A DNA stretch of 64,000 nucleotides, taken from NCBI RefSeq assembly GCF_964355755.1, contig NC_092673.1, positions 18,535,648 to 18,599,647 of the forward strand, in the 5' to 3' direction. The notes beneath the pieces were generated by a model that made no database searches, was not told the origin of the DNA, and saw only the letters and a list, made by a program, of their open reading frames with translations. The DNA is from Antedon mediterranea (Eukaryota; Animalia; Echinodermata). Positions within the stretch are counted from its first letter, which is position 1, and every line of letters starts with the position of its first letter. Made by a program: the position numbers and the translations under genes. Of this stretch, positions 36,531 to 49,939 are shown piece after piece.

Positions 36531-39500
36531 ATGGCAGAAGATAGGAAGACTACGCTGACTTTGCAGCGCCGAAACAGAAAGGGATTGGTATCAAGAAGTT
36601 TGAACACTTTGAGCGCATTGTTAAAAACGGAAGGAGTTACTATTGTTGACATAGACGACCAATTAGAGCGGGTGGACGAGGCATTCAAAGTAGTAGAAAA
36701 GGCCCATCTCGCGTTGTTGGATGTCATTGATGACGATGACATATTTGAGCAAGAAGAGGAGTGGATGGCGAAAGTAGAAAAAGAATATACAGATCAGAGG
36801 AGGAGCGCATTGGCTCATTCTTGCGAATTGAGGAAAGTAGACCATGGAAATGGAAAGGTCGACGCTGCCGACAACCAACAAGGAACTAAGGCGGTCGGTG
36901 AGCTAAAGACTAGTAGTAGTAATTTAAGTATGGATAGCCTAGTGAAGGCGATGTCTTTACCTAGGCCCGAATTACAAATGTATGATGGCAATCCTTTAAG
37001 GTATTGGCCATTTATAAGAGCCTTTGATGTATTAATGTCGGAAGTATCTGACGACAATTTTAAACTGACTACCTTATTAAAATATTGTAGGGGTAGAGCA
37101 AGTGACGCCCTACAATGTTGCCTTATGCGGCCCCCAACTGAAGGGTACAAACTGGCAAGGGAAATCCTGTCAGAGAGGTTCGGAGATAAAGGGACGATCG
37201 TCCAGACCTGGGTAGATAAGATTGTAAATCGCCCTAAGATTGACGTTGCCGAGTTAAGGCAATTTACCGACGATTTATCATCCTGCAGGGAAACGCTAGA
37301 TGCGATGGGTTTTCTTGGGGAATTAAATAACCAACGTAGCCTTAGGTCAATAATTGACAAGTTACCACGATACTTACAGACAAGGTGGGTTAAAGAATAT
37401 CAAAGGATAAAGCTTAAAGGCAGTCCACCTACCATTGCACATGTTGTTGACTTTGTAAAATCGGCCTCTAAGGAGGCAAATGATCCTGTATTTGGTAGCC
37501 TTGTCTCGGGTAGTGTGGGTAACAAGCCAGAGAGACAGACGACCAGCAACAGAGAACCCGAAAAATGCCGAAATAAGAATTTTGCCATCGGATCCCCGTC
37601 CTGTCAAATGTGTGAAGGTTCTCATTCTTTATTTGGTTGTCTACAGTTTAAAGAAAAGAATGTTGAAGAAAGGCTATCATTTGTAAAGAGGAACCGGCTA
37701 TGCTTTAATTGCCTAAAACCTGGACATAACGCATCAAGATGTCTATTGAATAGGACATGCTCGGTAGCTGGATGTGGACAGAAACACACCAAGTTCCTTC
37801 ATATAATTAAGTCAAAGGCGACACAACAACAACAACAACAAGCCCCCGCCTCTAAAGCTCAGCCACATCAAGCAGAGCAGACACCAGCTGCTAGTGTACC
37901 GCAGCAACCGCAGACGCAGCCAGTTGGGCACGCCGACAAGATGAACACCTTCATCTCATTACCAATCTTGCCGGTCACAATACGATCACCGGAAAGTGGG
38001 ATAGAGGTAGACGCATACGCACTATTGGACAGTGGGAGTACAAGCTCATTTTGTACAGAGAGATTGGCAAAGACGTTGAAGGTGAGAGGTAGACCGGAGA
38101 ACCTGATCATTAACACCATCGGTGATAATGAAAGCAGTGTACCCAGCAGAATAATCAGTTTGGAAGTGAGAGGCATGGGTGGAGGAGAACCTATAGCACT
38201 CCCACTAGTGTATTCCACACGAAAAATGACAATTCGCTCTTCGACAAGTCGAGCCTTGAAGTTGGATGAAGTGAACAAATGGCCTCATCTAAATGGAGTT
38301 AATCTCCCACGACTAGACAACTCAGAGGTGGACCTCCTAATTGGGCTAGATGTTCCAGATGCGTTACAACCGCTTGAAATAAGAGCCGGTGGAAAAGGGG
38401 AACCGTATGCCACACAAACATCCCTTGGGTGGTCCCTAAACGGTCCTGTTATGGGAAGAAATGAGAAGAGATCTTCCACGTTTGCTTGCGAGATTCAGAA
38501 CAACGTGAGGCTTGATCAGATACTGGAGAGATTTTGGACAACTGATTGTGACGTACCTGCATTGGATGACGATGACAGAATGATGTCTGTTAATGACAAA
38601 AGAGTAGTTAAACTATGGGATCAAAATGTACAGTTTAAGGATGGACATTACCATTTACCTATTCCCTTCAAGCAACGCCCGCCTATTTTACCGGACAATA
38701 GACATACTGCTGAAGTCAGACTTGGCCATCTCCGACGGAAATTGGTGAAGGATGTAAGCCTTAAAGCCAAATATGCTGAGGTTATTAAAACCCTAGTTGA
38801 AGAAAATCATGCAGAACCTGTAGGTAACCGCAATTCGACGTTTCCAAATTGGTATCTGCCACACCACGCTGTCCCCAAGAAGAATGGTGACGTACGAGTA
38901 GTATTCGATTGCGCGGCAAAACATAGGGGTCTATCGCTAAATGACGTAGTCATGCAGGGACCAGATCTTGTCAACAGCCTGATGGGGGTCCTTCTGAGAT
39001 TCCGCCGGCGACAATACGCCATCATGGGTGACATCAAGTCACCTGTTTCACCAGGTTAGGGTGCCACCAAATGAAAGGGAGGTTCTTCGATTTCTTTGGT
39101 GGACAGACGATGAAATGACGGAAGTGAGTACCTACCGTATGTGTGTGCACCTGTTTGGTGGAACCTGGTGCCCAAGCGCGAGCACTTATGCTCTAAGAAA
39201 GGCGGCACAAGATAACCGCGCTAAAGTTGACGTTAATATTACTGAGATTGTGAATGAAAATTTCTACGTGGACGACGCTCTAATCTCTGTTTCAACTGAA
39301 GAAGAAGGAGTTAAGGTTATAAAGAATCTGACGGCCTTGTTATCCATGGGAGGGTTCAAGTTGACGAAATGGATAGCCAATAGCTCAGAAATCCTACGTC
39401 ATGTTCCAGTGGAGGACAGGGCCACGACGGTTAAGGAGCTTGACCTAGAAGGTGCCATCCTACCATCCGAAAAGGCACTAGGGATGAAGTGGAATGTCGA

Positions 39501-41805
39501 AGACGACACGTTTGGATTTAATGTAAACCACAAGGACACACCAAAAACTCGTAGAGGGGTGTTAAGTGCATTAAGCTCGGTGTTCGATCCCCATGGATTC
39601 GCAGCACCATTCACGTTAAGGGGCAAACTCATCGTGCAACAACTCGTGCGTCGGGGCGTTGATTGGGATGATTCGGTTCCGGATGACTTGTTGTCACGTT
39701 GGCAATCATGGCAGAACGATCTCCAGAACTTACAACACCTAAAGATACCTAGATGTCTAGAAGACAACGTGTTCGGTACTGTGGTGGCACGAGAGTTACA
39801 CCACTTCGCTGACGCTTCAGAAATAGCGTATGGGGTGACTACGTACCTACGTACGACAAATGAGGACAACTGCACTAGGAGTGCACTTATACTAGCCAAG
39901 TTACGTCTATGCCCCATGAAAACTGTGACTATACCGCGATTAGAACTAATGGCGGCGACACTGGCAGTAAAGATTGACAAGACACTGACTCGTGAAATTG
40001 GGCTGAAAATGGGGAAATCTTGTTTTTGGACTGACAGTATGATAGTTTTGCAGTACATCAAGAATGAAGAAAGGCGGTTTAAGACGTTCGTTAGCAACAG
40101 GTTAGCGACTATACACGACGGCTCTAATCCGGAACAATGGAGACATATCGAGGGGATACATAACCCGGCAGATATTGTATCGAGAGGCCTCGAAGCGAGG
40201 CTGCTGGTAAACAACAAGTTTTGGTTGGAGGGTCCCACATTTTTAAGACAAGATACTGACAAAACCTGGCCTATGCAACCAGATGGGTATGGTGATGTAA
40301 GCGCTGATGATCTAGAGGTGAAGAAATCTGTGAATGTGTGTACCAACGTGCAAGATAACGTTGTTATTCAACACTATTTCGATCGATATTCGTCTTGGGT
40401 TGGATTAAAGCGAAGTGTAGCTTGGATATTGCGATTCAAACGTTATGTCGTCCTTAAGAAAAGGATTGACATTCAGAGCCTTATCTGTGACAAACTCACG
40501 GTGGAGGAAACCAAACAAGCAGAGAGGGTGATTATTCAGTATACCCAATCCACACGCTATAAAGACATCACAAACATTAAAGGATTGGGAGCCTTCCTGG
40601 CTGACGATGGTATTATTCGGATTGGTGGTCGAATAGAACTGCAGACGACCCTCACCACTGACCAACGACATCAAATTTTGTTGCCATGCGATAACCACGT
40701 AACCAACCTCATTATATACCATCTTCAAACAGGACATGGGGGTATTGAACGCACGCTGGCTGATATAAGACAGAAGTTTTGGTTGGTAAAGGGTCGGAGG
40801 AGCGTGAGACGGGAACTGTCACAGTGTATCGTGTGTAAGAGGATGAAAGCTCGGCCAACTGATCAAATTATGGGTCTACTACCGAAGTCAAGGATGCAGA
40901 TTGGCGAACCGCCATTCTCCAGGGTGGGTGTGGACTATTTTGGACCACTCGTCATTAAGCGTGGACGCACAGAACATAAACGCTACGGTTGCGTGTTTAC
41001 TTGCATGACGACACGAGCTGTCCATATAGAAGTCGCCCATTCTATGACGACGGATTCATTTATAAATATATTGCAGAGGTTTATCGCTCGACGAGGAGTA
41101 CCTCAAGAGATGGTCTCCGATAATGGCACGAACTTCGTTGGGGCCAAGCAAGAGCTCAGACGGGCCATGACCGAATGGAATCGTCAACATATCGACAGCT
41201 TTATGTTGCAGAAGGAAATCAGCTGGTCATTCAACCCACCGAAGGCGTCTCACATGGGCGGAGTCTGGGAAAGACAAATTCGCACTATAAGAACCATTAT
41301 GTATAGTCTTGTGCGCCAACAGACACTTGATGATGAGAGTCTCACTACTCTGATGTGTGTCATCGAGAACATCGTTAACAGCAGGCCTATTACGAAACTG
41401 TCCGACGACCCAAGTGATGATCAACCATTGACTCCTAACCATTTACTCCTGCTGAGGAGTGGACCATCCTTGCCTCCTGGACACTTTGCAGAGCAAGACC
41501 TCTACAGGAGACGGTGGCGACAAGTCCAGTATCTCGCTGATATATTTTGGAGAAGGTGGGTGAAGGAATACCTTCCATTGCTACAACATCGGCAAAAATG
41601 GGGTATGGAGAAAAGAGATCTTAAAATTGGTGATCTCGTCCTTATTACCGATAACTCTACTCCGCGCTATCAATGGCCACTGGGGTTGGTGGTGGATGTG
41701 AATGTAGGTAGTGACGAACATGTAAGATCTGTACATATTAGAACTAAGGGTGGTGTCTATGAGAGACCTATAACCAAGTTATGTATGCTCGAAAGAGCTA
41801 ATTAA
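36531..41805 (+). pseudogene. BEL/Pao Gag-Pol polyprotein with one frameshift near 39042
   Basis: Three-knuckle Gag (C..C...H....C, CFNCL..GH....C, C....C...H...LH), ALLDSGS (PR), WYLPHH, RVVFDC, GDIKS/LFHQ, FYVDD (RT), HHFADAS, TIPRLEL, WTDS, NPAD (RH), VDYFGP, SDNGTNF, GGVWER (IN). One extra base separates ORFs 36531 and 39028. Confidence 0.92.
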
Positions 41806-43357
41806 GACCTATAGTCGTGTTTACTATGTACATATGTATTTAGTTTTTATAATATTTCATTTACCTTTTTATTAAGTGATTGTTAAACCCGTTTGGTTTA
41901 AAGGGGGGAGTGTAAAGTATTGAAATATAATAGAACGCCCTCTATAATTTTGTGGATGTTGCTCCTAGGTCTAATATATAGGGGTGTGACCAAATTCCAG
42001 GAGAGATGAATTTTGGGTTTGAACAGCGACACTTCTCCAACTCGACACTTTTCTAATTTTTTGTTGTGACAAATTGTTTATTTGGAACTTGTTTGTAACT
42101 TTTACAACTTGTTTATAACTTTGAAAGCTTGGTTAATTGTATGAAACATTTATGTGTAATTTGGCAACATTTGTGATTTCGACAACCTTGTTACTTTTTA
42201 TATGTAAGTTGATTCCGATTTTTTTTTTTATAGAATACTTTATGTTTATAATGTTGAATAATCGATTATGACGTTATTGGGCTCGTGAGAGTCTGTATCA
42301 TTATCGATATACATTAGTTGTTTTAATCATATATATTATCGTTCATACCGTAGGTAGGCTATAAACTATAACTATGCATTATATACCGTATATATATTTC
42401 TTTCCTTTGTTGATATTAGTGATTGTTTTAAATTCTCCAGTTGCGATAAGGATTTAATATGTCTAATTAGGATGTTTTTTATGATGTTATTGATACATTA
42501 TAGCAGTTGTATGCTATTTAGAATAACCTACTGTAGTTTGGAAATCTATACATCATTTGTATTAAGGTATAACGATTATAAAGTGTAATGCCTGAGTGGT
42601 GCCTCATTTCGATTCATTGGAGGGCAATTTAAGTTTTGGTTGCCAATAGCAACTGGATAGTTGAGAGGAGATGGGTTATAAATTATAAACAAGGATCGAA
42701 TTATTTATATTGCAGCTGTTTTGAACTGGGAGTAGTTCAAGTGCATCTGTTTACTGTGATTGGTATATTTGAGGCGTCAAAGTCAAGTAGGTTTATATTT
42801 TGAACCCCATGGCTCGTTTTAACTTGTAGTGGCAATTGATAAGGAATACGTTTGTTACTTGTTGCTTTAATGGTAACATTGTTGTGATCGCTATTCTATT
42901 GATATGTTTATATTAATTTTAATTGGTACACTTATACACCTTTTAATTTAACTCATTATAATATCGCTGTAATTTCTTGAATAACGTTGTATTCTGTAAC
43001 ACATTATAGAAAGTAATGTAGTTTCCTTTATCTTCTTTTAGTCATCAGAACAGAACGGAAGATCGGTCTATTGTAAATAAATTGTAGATATTGTATTTGC
43101 TGGATCAGTGTCTTTTGTTATCTGCGTCGATTGACCACACACGCCACCAAGCGAACTCGCGTAGTACGCTACACCTACTAGTTATATTATTCATATTAAC
43201 TGATACTTACTCTTCATTTACCGTAAAGTTCAGTTTTAATGAAATATATAATATAAATTGGCTTCGTAACAATTAATTAGTGTTGAAAAGGTTAGTTTTT
43301 TGGTGATAGGTGAAAATGACATGTAACTTCGTAATCAATTTATTTTTTTTTGTATAA

Positions 43358-43718
43358 AGGCCCAATTACACTATGACGATAACGACGGACGATAAATATA
43401 TAGCATGCATTTTTTTTACATAAACCAAAAGAAATTAGAAAGGTTTTCGTTCTAGACCTATAGGATAATCATTTATGCTGTCTTTGATAAAAATAATGTT
43501 TTTCAAATTCCAATCAAATGACGTCATGATAAATAAAAACAATAAAATCGCTGTATTGTCACGATATTATTGGTCTTACTAATCATGACGTCATTTGATT
43601 GGACGTGTGAAAATATAATTTTCATCAAAGGAATTGTTTATATTTCTTTTGGTTTATGTATTAAAAATGCACATTTGTCTATTTATCGTCGATCGTTATC
43701 GTCCTAGTGTATGGGCCT
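43358..43718. mobile_element. Harbinger-like MITE carried inside the Helentron-like element (second copy at 53324-53684)
   Basis: TIRs AGGCCCAATTACACTATGACGATAACGA / TCGTTATCGTCCTAGTGTATGGGCCT in a TAA/TA context. Confidence 0.7.
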
Positions 43719-44016
43719 TATGCTGTAAATGTTCAATTAATTGATCATTCCGATTTTATTAGTTGGACTCTTGCACAGTTGCTGTCTAATCGTTGTTGTG
43801 TAATATCATTTCGAACCATATTAAAATCATAAAGAGATTCATATTCCTTAACATGTGGCTGTGCATGGAAGTCCGGTCTACAAAAACTCGGGCCCGGGAT
43901 CATTGTTATTGGGCCTGAAAGTGTTGGTGAATTCATAATTATACTTAATATTATATCTATAAAGAGTCGTTATCCAAAGAGTCGTTATCCAATCGAGTTC
44001 GAACAATACCATGAAA

Positions 44017-44088
44017 GCCCCAGTGGTCTAATGGTTAGGACATCTGCATATCAAGCAGGCGGTCCGAGTTCGAGTCTCGGTTGGGGCG
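44017..44088 (+). tRNA. tRNA-like cloverleaf, anticodon ATC, copy 1 (probably repeat-borne)
   Basis: Acceptor GCCCCAG/TTGGGGC, D arm GTC..GAC, anticodon stem TCTGC/GCAGG with loop AT-ATC-AA, T arm CCGAG-TTCGAGT-CTCGG, then TTTTT 2 nt downstream. Confidence 0.55.
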
Positions 44089-44380
44089 ACTTTTTCTCAT
44101 TCTCACAGATTTCCTCATCTTTATCGTTTCAAATTAATTAATTAAATTTCAGTATATCCCCGGGCGGTTTAGAATTAATGTTCTTTGCCTCTTGTGTTTA
44201 TATATATAAAAGTATCTCTTCGGAGATCCCGCCTCGTGAATAAAAATACTGAAAGATGAGGGCGTATCAATTTGATCTCTGTTGCGCGTGCGTACAACTG
44301 AGGACTAGTGCTGTTCCGCCGTACCACGCCGAGAATGTTAAAGAGTCGTTATCCAATCAAGTTCGAACAATACCATGAAA

Positions 44381-44452
44381 GCCCCAGTGGTCTAATGGTT
44401 AGGACATCTGCATATCAAGCAGGCTGTCCGAGTTCGAGTCTCGGTTGGGGCG
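44381..44452 (+). tRNA. tRNA-like cloverleaf, anticodon ATC, copy 2
   Basis: Same as copy 1 except one variable-loop base; period 364 bp. Confidence 0.55.
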
Positions 44453-44564
44453 ACTTTTTCTCATTCTCACAGATTTCCTCATCTTTATCGTTTCAAATTA
44501 ATTAATTAAATTTCAGTATATCACCGGGCGGTTTAGAATTAATGTTCTTTGCCTCTTGTGTGTG

Positions 44565-44658
<94 letters not shown>
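44565..44658. repeat. (TA)n microsatellite
   Basis: Directly visible. Confidence 0.95.
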
Positions 44659-44662
<4 letters not shown>

Positions 44663-46289
44663 TGTTATTATACAATTGAAAGCAAAACCCGTTAAATCTC
44701 AAATCATTAGGACTAGAAATTTGGCTTATCAATCAAATAAATACTTTCGTTCAAAATGAAACTCCAACCTCTCTAAAAGATTGAACTCGAAAACGGACCG
44801 TTTTTTTTAATTGGGTATGTTGAAACATTTCAATATTCATTTAAAAAAGTACATTAATTATGGTATTGATCAGTGGCTATAGAGGCATAAAAACCCTTGG
44901 TCAATATCATGTAAAATGCACTGTGGAAGGGTCATTATTAAGACTGCAAAATTGGGCTTATCAACAACAAAACATTTTATTATTAGACGTGATAACATCA
45001 AGAATAATCAGTATAATTATTAATATAGCCACTGTTACTAGTTTTATTCTACATGCTAAAGTAAATAAAAATCCACTAGAAAACAAACAAGTCTGAATGT
45101 TATGCTTATTACTATTAGCCATGTTATGTTTGTTACTGTAGGCAGGGAAGAGTTAAATTGTAATTTAACTCTTCCCTGCTGTAGGCCTATGATTGTTTGC
45201 AATGTCCACATATTATTTCCGTGGGCATATCCATAGTGTATCACTCACAAAAAAGACGTGTGAGGTTCTTTCTTTAGATTTTGAAGAATGATTTGTGTTA
45301 CAGGTTAACACATGAGTCAAATGCTCAAGATATCGGCTAACGCCATGAATCTGACCGTTTCATTAAATTGGGTGTGATTAGGCCTAAACATATAATAATT
45401 TATTAAAAAGGTACAATAAAAACAAATGCATCAGAGGCGTTAAGAACCCACGGTCAATATCATGTCAAATGTATATATGGTATAAGCACTGTGGAAGGGG
45501 TCATTATTATTAAACTGGAAATTCGGCTTATCAACAAATAAATACTTTCGTTTAAAATGTAAAATAAGACTGCAAAATTGGGCTTATCAACAAATAAATA
45601 CTTTCGTTCAAAATGTAAAATAAGACTGCACAATTGGGCTTATCAACAAATAAAATACTTTTTTTTCAAAATGTAAAATTAAGACTGGAAAATTGGGCTT
45701 ATAAACAAATAAATACTTTTTTTCAAAATATAAGAAAACATTTTTTAAATATAATCCTTAAGCTCTGTCTATACTATCAAACTAAATATGATGTGCCCAT
45801 ATTATATAGACATGACGATGTCCACTACGATATTCGGGCATATCACTACCATATTTGGGCACACTTTTTTTGTTAAACTAGTTGGGACAGTGTAGACACA
45901 GAACTATGTGATCGAAACATAAGTCGGAATTGGACTGACGCGATTGATTTAATTGGGTATTTTTATTAATGTAGGCTAATGATTCATTAAAAACTATAAT
46001 ACCGATACGCGTTTGGTATTGATCAATGGTGCAAAAAACCCTGAGAAATAATGGTATAACGCGATTTGGTGATAGCTTAGCAATAATACAACCCATATAC
46101 TATTATTATAAATACCTATTACAAATCCATTCATATAACTTTTCATCGCGAACCGAAAATGTATAAATGTTATTCTACAGACAGTAATTATATATTCAAA
46201 AGCCATATTATTATTATTATCAATACCTAAATGCGATAGTAATAACCACATAAACATAAATTATTCCCAATACAAGTTTGTGCGTTTAA

Positions 46290-47189
46290 AGCTCAGTTTC
46301 CACGATCAGTTTTTTTCTTCCGTCTTCCAAAGGGACACTGTATTGATTGATGGAAAGTGCCTGTTTCCAGTCACCTTTAGGGTTAAATCTATTATTTTAA
46401 CTGCTCCCTTGTGTATAAAAGAGAGAAAATAGTGACTTATAAGTTTTAGTGCATGTCCTATTATTAATGAAACTGACACCAGTTTTTTACACCAATAGCC
46501 AATCAGATGGGCAGGAATTTGGCTTGGTAGGGATCAACATCTGAATATTGTAGCAGAGAGATATAATATAGTTCACTATATATCTTTTGATTATAGATAC
46601 CTGAAACAATTTTAGTTAGGAGTTGAATGGAATACAAAGATTATAAAGTGTTATTAAAAGTCATAATATATTATATATTTATATATAATTATAGATAAAA
46701 TTATTATATTTTTCTATGTCTTCTACTTCCAGTTCCTTTATTAAATCATGGTATGCTCCATGGGATTTTCGCCGCTGTATCCATGGTTTCACCCACACAC
46801 TGCGTTTCTTTTGCAATCGTTTTTTTCTTCTGCTTGCGTTTACCATATACAAAATGATCAAAACTTTCGAAAGTAACACTAAATCCATTTCGATTTGTAT
46901 TAAGAATATACAATATCACAATTGAATTCTAAATGATAAATAGAATAGCAAAGCAGAGAGCAGAGAAAGTATTTACACAATGGTTGACAAGGTCAATCCT
47001 TGAATACCTACAATATACAAAGATTGTCCCTAAATTGCAAGCTTATGACATTCTATTCAAAAAGTAGGTCATTAGTGACCAAGTGAAGAAATGACTGTGG
47101 GATTGCAACACTCTTCTCCTGATGTCCTATCAATCAATACAAGTCCCTTTGGAAGACGGAAGAACAAACCCGATGGTGGGAACTGAGCT
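46290..47189 (-). mobile_element. Internally deleted PIF/Harbinger transposon with transposase N-terminal remnant (46679-46888)
   Basis: TIRs AGCTCAGTTTCCACGATC / GATGGTGGGAACTGAGCT and TSD TAA, with the empty site at ~55608. Peptide RSVWVKPWIQRRKSHGAYHDLIKELEVED..YNNF is typical of the N-terminus of Harbinger/HARBI1-like transposases. Confidence 0.85.
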
Positions 47190-49939
47190 TAATTCTAGAA
47201 AGAAACGACTGTGCTGACAGGCCAATGACATAAATCACAAGTAAAGTCCCAATTGTTCACTTGCGTTTTGATTGGCCGACCTATTATATTAGATTAATGA
47301 AGACTGTCCAGTCAAAAAGTTACGCTGCGTTTTTTGTAAGAAATATTTCTTGTTTACAATGATTTTCAAAGAGCACATATTCACAAACATCTTGCAACCT
47401 GTAAAATTGAAAACAAATATTATATACATTAGGCCTAAATTAACATTCATCCCTTATTATACGTAACAAATATTGACCAGAGCAAAAGCGTACAGTATTA
47501 GCGACACTCCATACCGGTTACCAGATGTTGATTTTTAACAGAACCAAAATAAAACGCGATCGATTTTACCATATTATTGAACACAAGACTATCGGGCCCT
47601 GCGCTGAGACGATCGGGCCCTGCGAATGAGACGATTGGGACCAACATGGTTCCTAACACATGAGACGATCAGGCGCGGCCAACGCTGAAGACGATCGGGA
47701 CCACATTTTTTGGCCTGATCGTCTTGTGTGCGATCGTCCGTGGTCTCAATTGTCTAATAACCGTACTAGGCTACTCTAGGAGGAGAGGGCATAGTAAGTA
47801 GATATGGCTATTAGGCCTAATAAAACTACAGATTATTGGAGTAGGAGGCCTAAGGTGTGCTATGGTCTATTAGTATTATTAGGCTAGAAGGCCCCCGCTT
47901 CCCAGGAAGACCAGGCCGGCACTGATCCACTACTGCGTTTGAAATCGGTCGCGTTTCCAATCGGTCGCATTTTTAATCGGTCGCGTATATGGCATGCCAA
48001 ATGTGCCTTATGTATATTTTCCTTTGCTTTTTCTTCCAGGGTCATACCGTATGCGCGATATGATTCTAGCAAGACAATGATGATTAGGTTTAAAAAAGGT
48101 GGTACAAAACTTTTTTTTTTTTGCAAATCAGAGGCTTCCATTGGTACACCAAAGAGACGTAAATGAATTTATAAAAAATGCAATATATATGTTATATACC
48201 CAATGTATCGTTAATAATTATTGTTCTGAAAAAATGATAAATAATAATGATATACATTCCACAAATTTATAAATTAACATATTTCTCGTTTTCGGTGGGA
48301 AATTTAACTGAAAATATTGGAATCTAATAATAAATAACCAGGCCATTTACTTGGGTGTTTATATTGTTAAGTTGGAATAAATTCCAGTTGATAAAGAGGT
48401 TGTTAACAATAACTAGATATAAATATCAATCAATATGTTAATACAAAATAGACAAAATCTAAAAATAAATCACTTTGGGAATTGACAATTTAATAATTAT
48501 CGTCGTCAAATTGACCTATTAATATTTTTTAACATTTTAATTTTTCCTTTTCTCTTCATGTCAAGCAATTTTTGTTATTTTCTTCATCATGTCTGTTTAA
48601 TAGTGAGTTCTGTACTTTCAATTAGTTTAGTATGTCAACTTAGTCTAAGTTCTAGAATGTGTTTTGACATAATGTTAGTAAAAAGATAAATATATTGCCA
48701 CACATATGGCGTAATATAAAAATCAACATAAGGAATACAGCAACATTTACATTTTTACCAATATTTCACTTTCAGCCATCACCATCCTCGGCTTTCTATG
48801 GCGCCATCTAGAATAGGATTAGTTGGAAACTGGAATTAGAAATCTCTGTGATCTTGGTGATGGGAATCACTGAAATATTCGTCAAAAAAATGTAGTGTTT
48901 TTTACTACACCAACAACATAAGAACCTAATGAATATAATACTTGGTAATATCATGGAGGAAATAACTAGGATTACATGACACTACACAGTGTGCCTTGCT
49001 TTTGTCTGAATGGTTATTGATTGAATCAACTTACATGGACAATATCCCGATGCAAATTGTGTAGTAAAATGATTTCATATGCTCTAGTTAACATGTTCTT
49101 GACAAAAGGTTGTTCATTGTTAATATTTGTATAGAAACTGAATAACACTGTCCATATTTTTCATTAAATAGGCTAGTCATGCAAGACTGATTTAGGAAGT
49201 CAGGTGATGCACAGAACGCGGCAAAGAGGGTGTTGACACTTTGCATAACAACAAACACCTTTTAGGCAGGTAGCGTCCATTGATGTAGAGTTGTGCATTT
49301 TCTTTGTGGACCAGTGGATGGAGGATCGTTTCTAGACATGCATAACTTTCAGGTGTAATTTTATGCTTACCAATAATTCGGTTATTCAGATTCTGTTGTT
49401 TGGTGTAAGTTAATATGATTTTTTTTTCCAGATAATAATACTGGTTAAATTCAACCAAAAACCCATTGATTATTAATTTTTGTTTTTGATCCAATTTTTT
49501 GTCAAAGTGGATATGTGACATTAAAATGAATGTTTTGAAGTTATATACTTTTGTAGTAAAAAAATGATTTCACATAACCAAAACCCATTCTCTTGATCTT
49601 TTTTCAGGTTTTGATCAAATTGAATAACTATTATGTGAAGTTTATTAATTTTTCTGTATTAAAACAATGTGCATTATGTTTTTACAAATTTGTTAATGTA
49701 TAAACTTTTAAGTTTGATATAGTTTTACAAATTTACCACATTTAGTTGTCTGCTGCAGATAAATATTTTGAATAATATACTGTATTTGTATTTTTGGTTA
49801 TACATTCTGTACAATAATACTGTACAACTAATTTAGTTTGTATGAGATGATTGGTGGAAGTATTTGTGACAAAAATAGTAGTATCTGGAATTAATGTAAT
49901 TCAATTTATTCTTTTCAGACGACAGCTTAATACAGTGAA

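Larger units (their letters stand above)
34874..43173 (+). mobile_element. Full-length BEL/Pao LTR retrotransposon
   Basis: TG...CA LTRs at 34874-36507 and 41911-43173, 5-bp TSD CCTAC, PPT AAGGGGGGAG. The empty site is visible at ~53141 in the sister copy. Confidence 0.95.
34154..47355 (+). mobile_element. ~3.3-kb non-autonomous Helentron-like element, copy A (expanded by nested BEL, tRNA-like repeat and Harbinger)
   Basis: 34154-34873 plus 43179-47355 is colinear with 52442-55793. T-run ends, subterminal IR, 3' palindrome AAGAAATATTTCTT followed by GTTT. Confidence 0.7.
32448..47763. mobile_element. Unclassified TIR element with CGG...CCG ends and subterminal AGACGATCGGG repeats; outer shell of a 15-kb nest
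   Basis: Left CGGGGAACAGACGATCGGGACCACGGACGA versus reverse complement of the right end CGGTTATTAGACAATTGAGACCACGGACGA. Clusters of AGACGATCGGG at 32456-32575 and 47585-47740. The TSD is unclear. Confidence 0.6.

Noticed and set aside
39399-40346. 315-aa minus-strand ORF and other antisense ORFs over BEL, Gypsy and LINE coding regions
   Set aside because: Antisense shadows of long coding frames with no recognisable motifs.
44200-44340. Hammerhead ribozyme in the tRNA-like repeat unit
   Set aside because: I could not find a complete CUGANGA...GAAA core with supporting stems on either strand.
44502-44759. IYIY-rich ORFs
   Set aside because: (TA)n microsatellite.
49171-49268. Possible small exon (aaatag|...GCAG|gtagcg) upstream of gene 2
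   Set aside because: Weak splice signals and no recognisable peptide; cannot be supported without transcripts.
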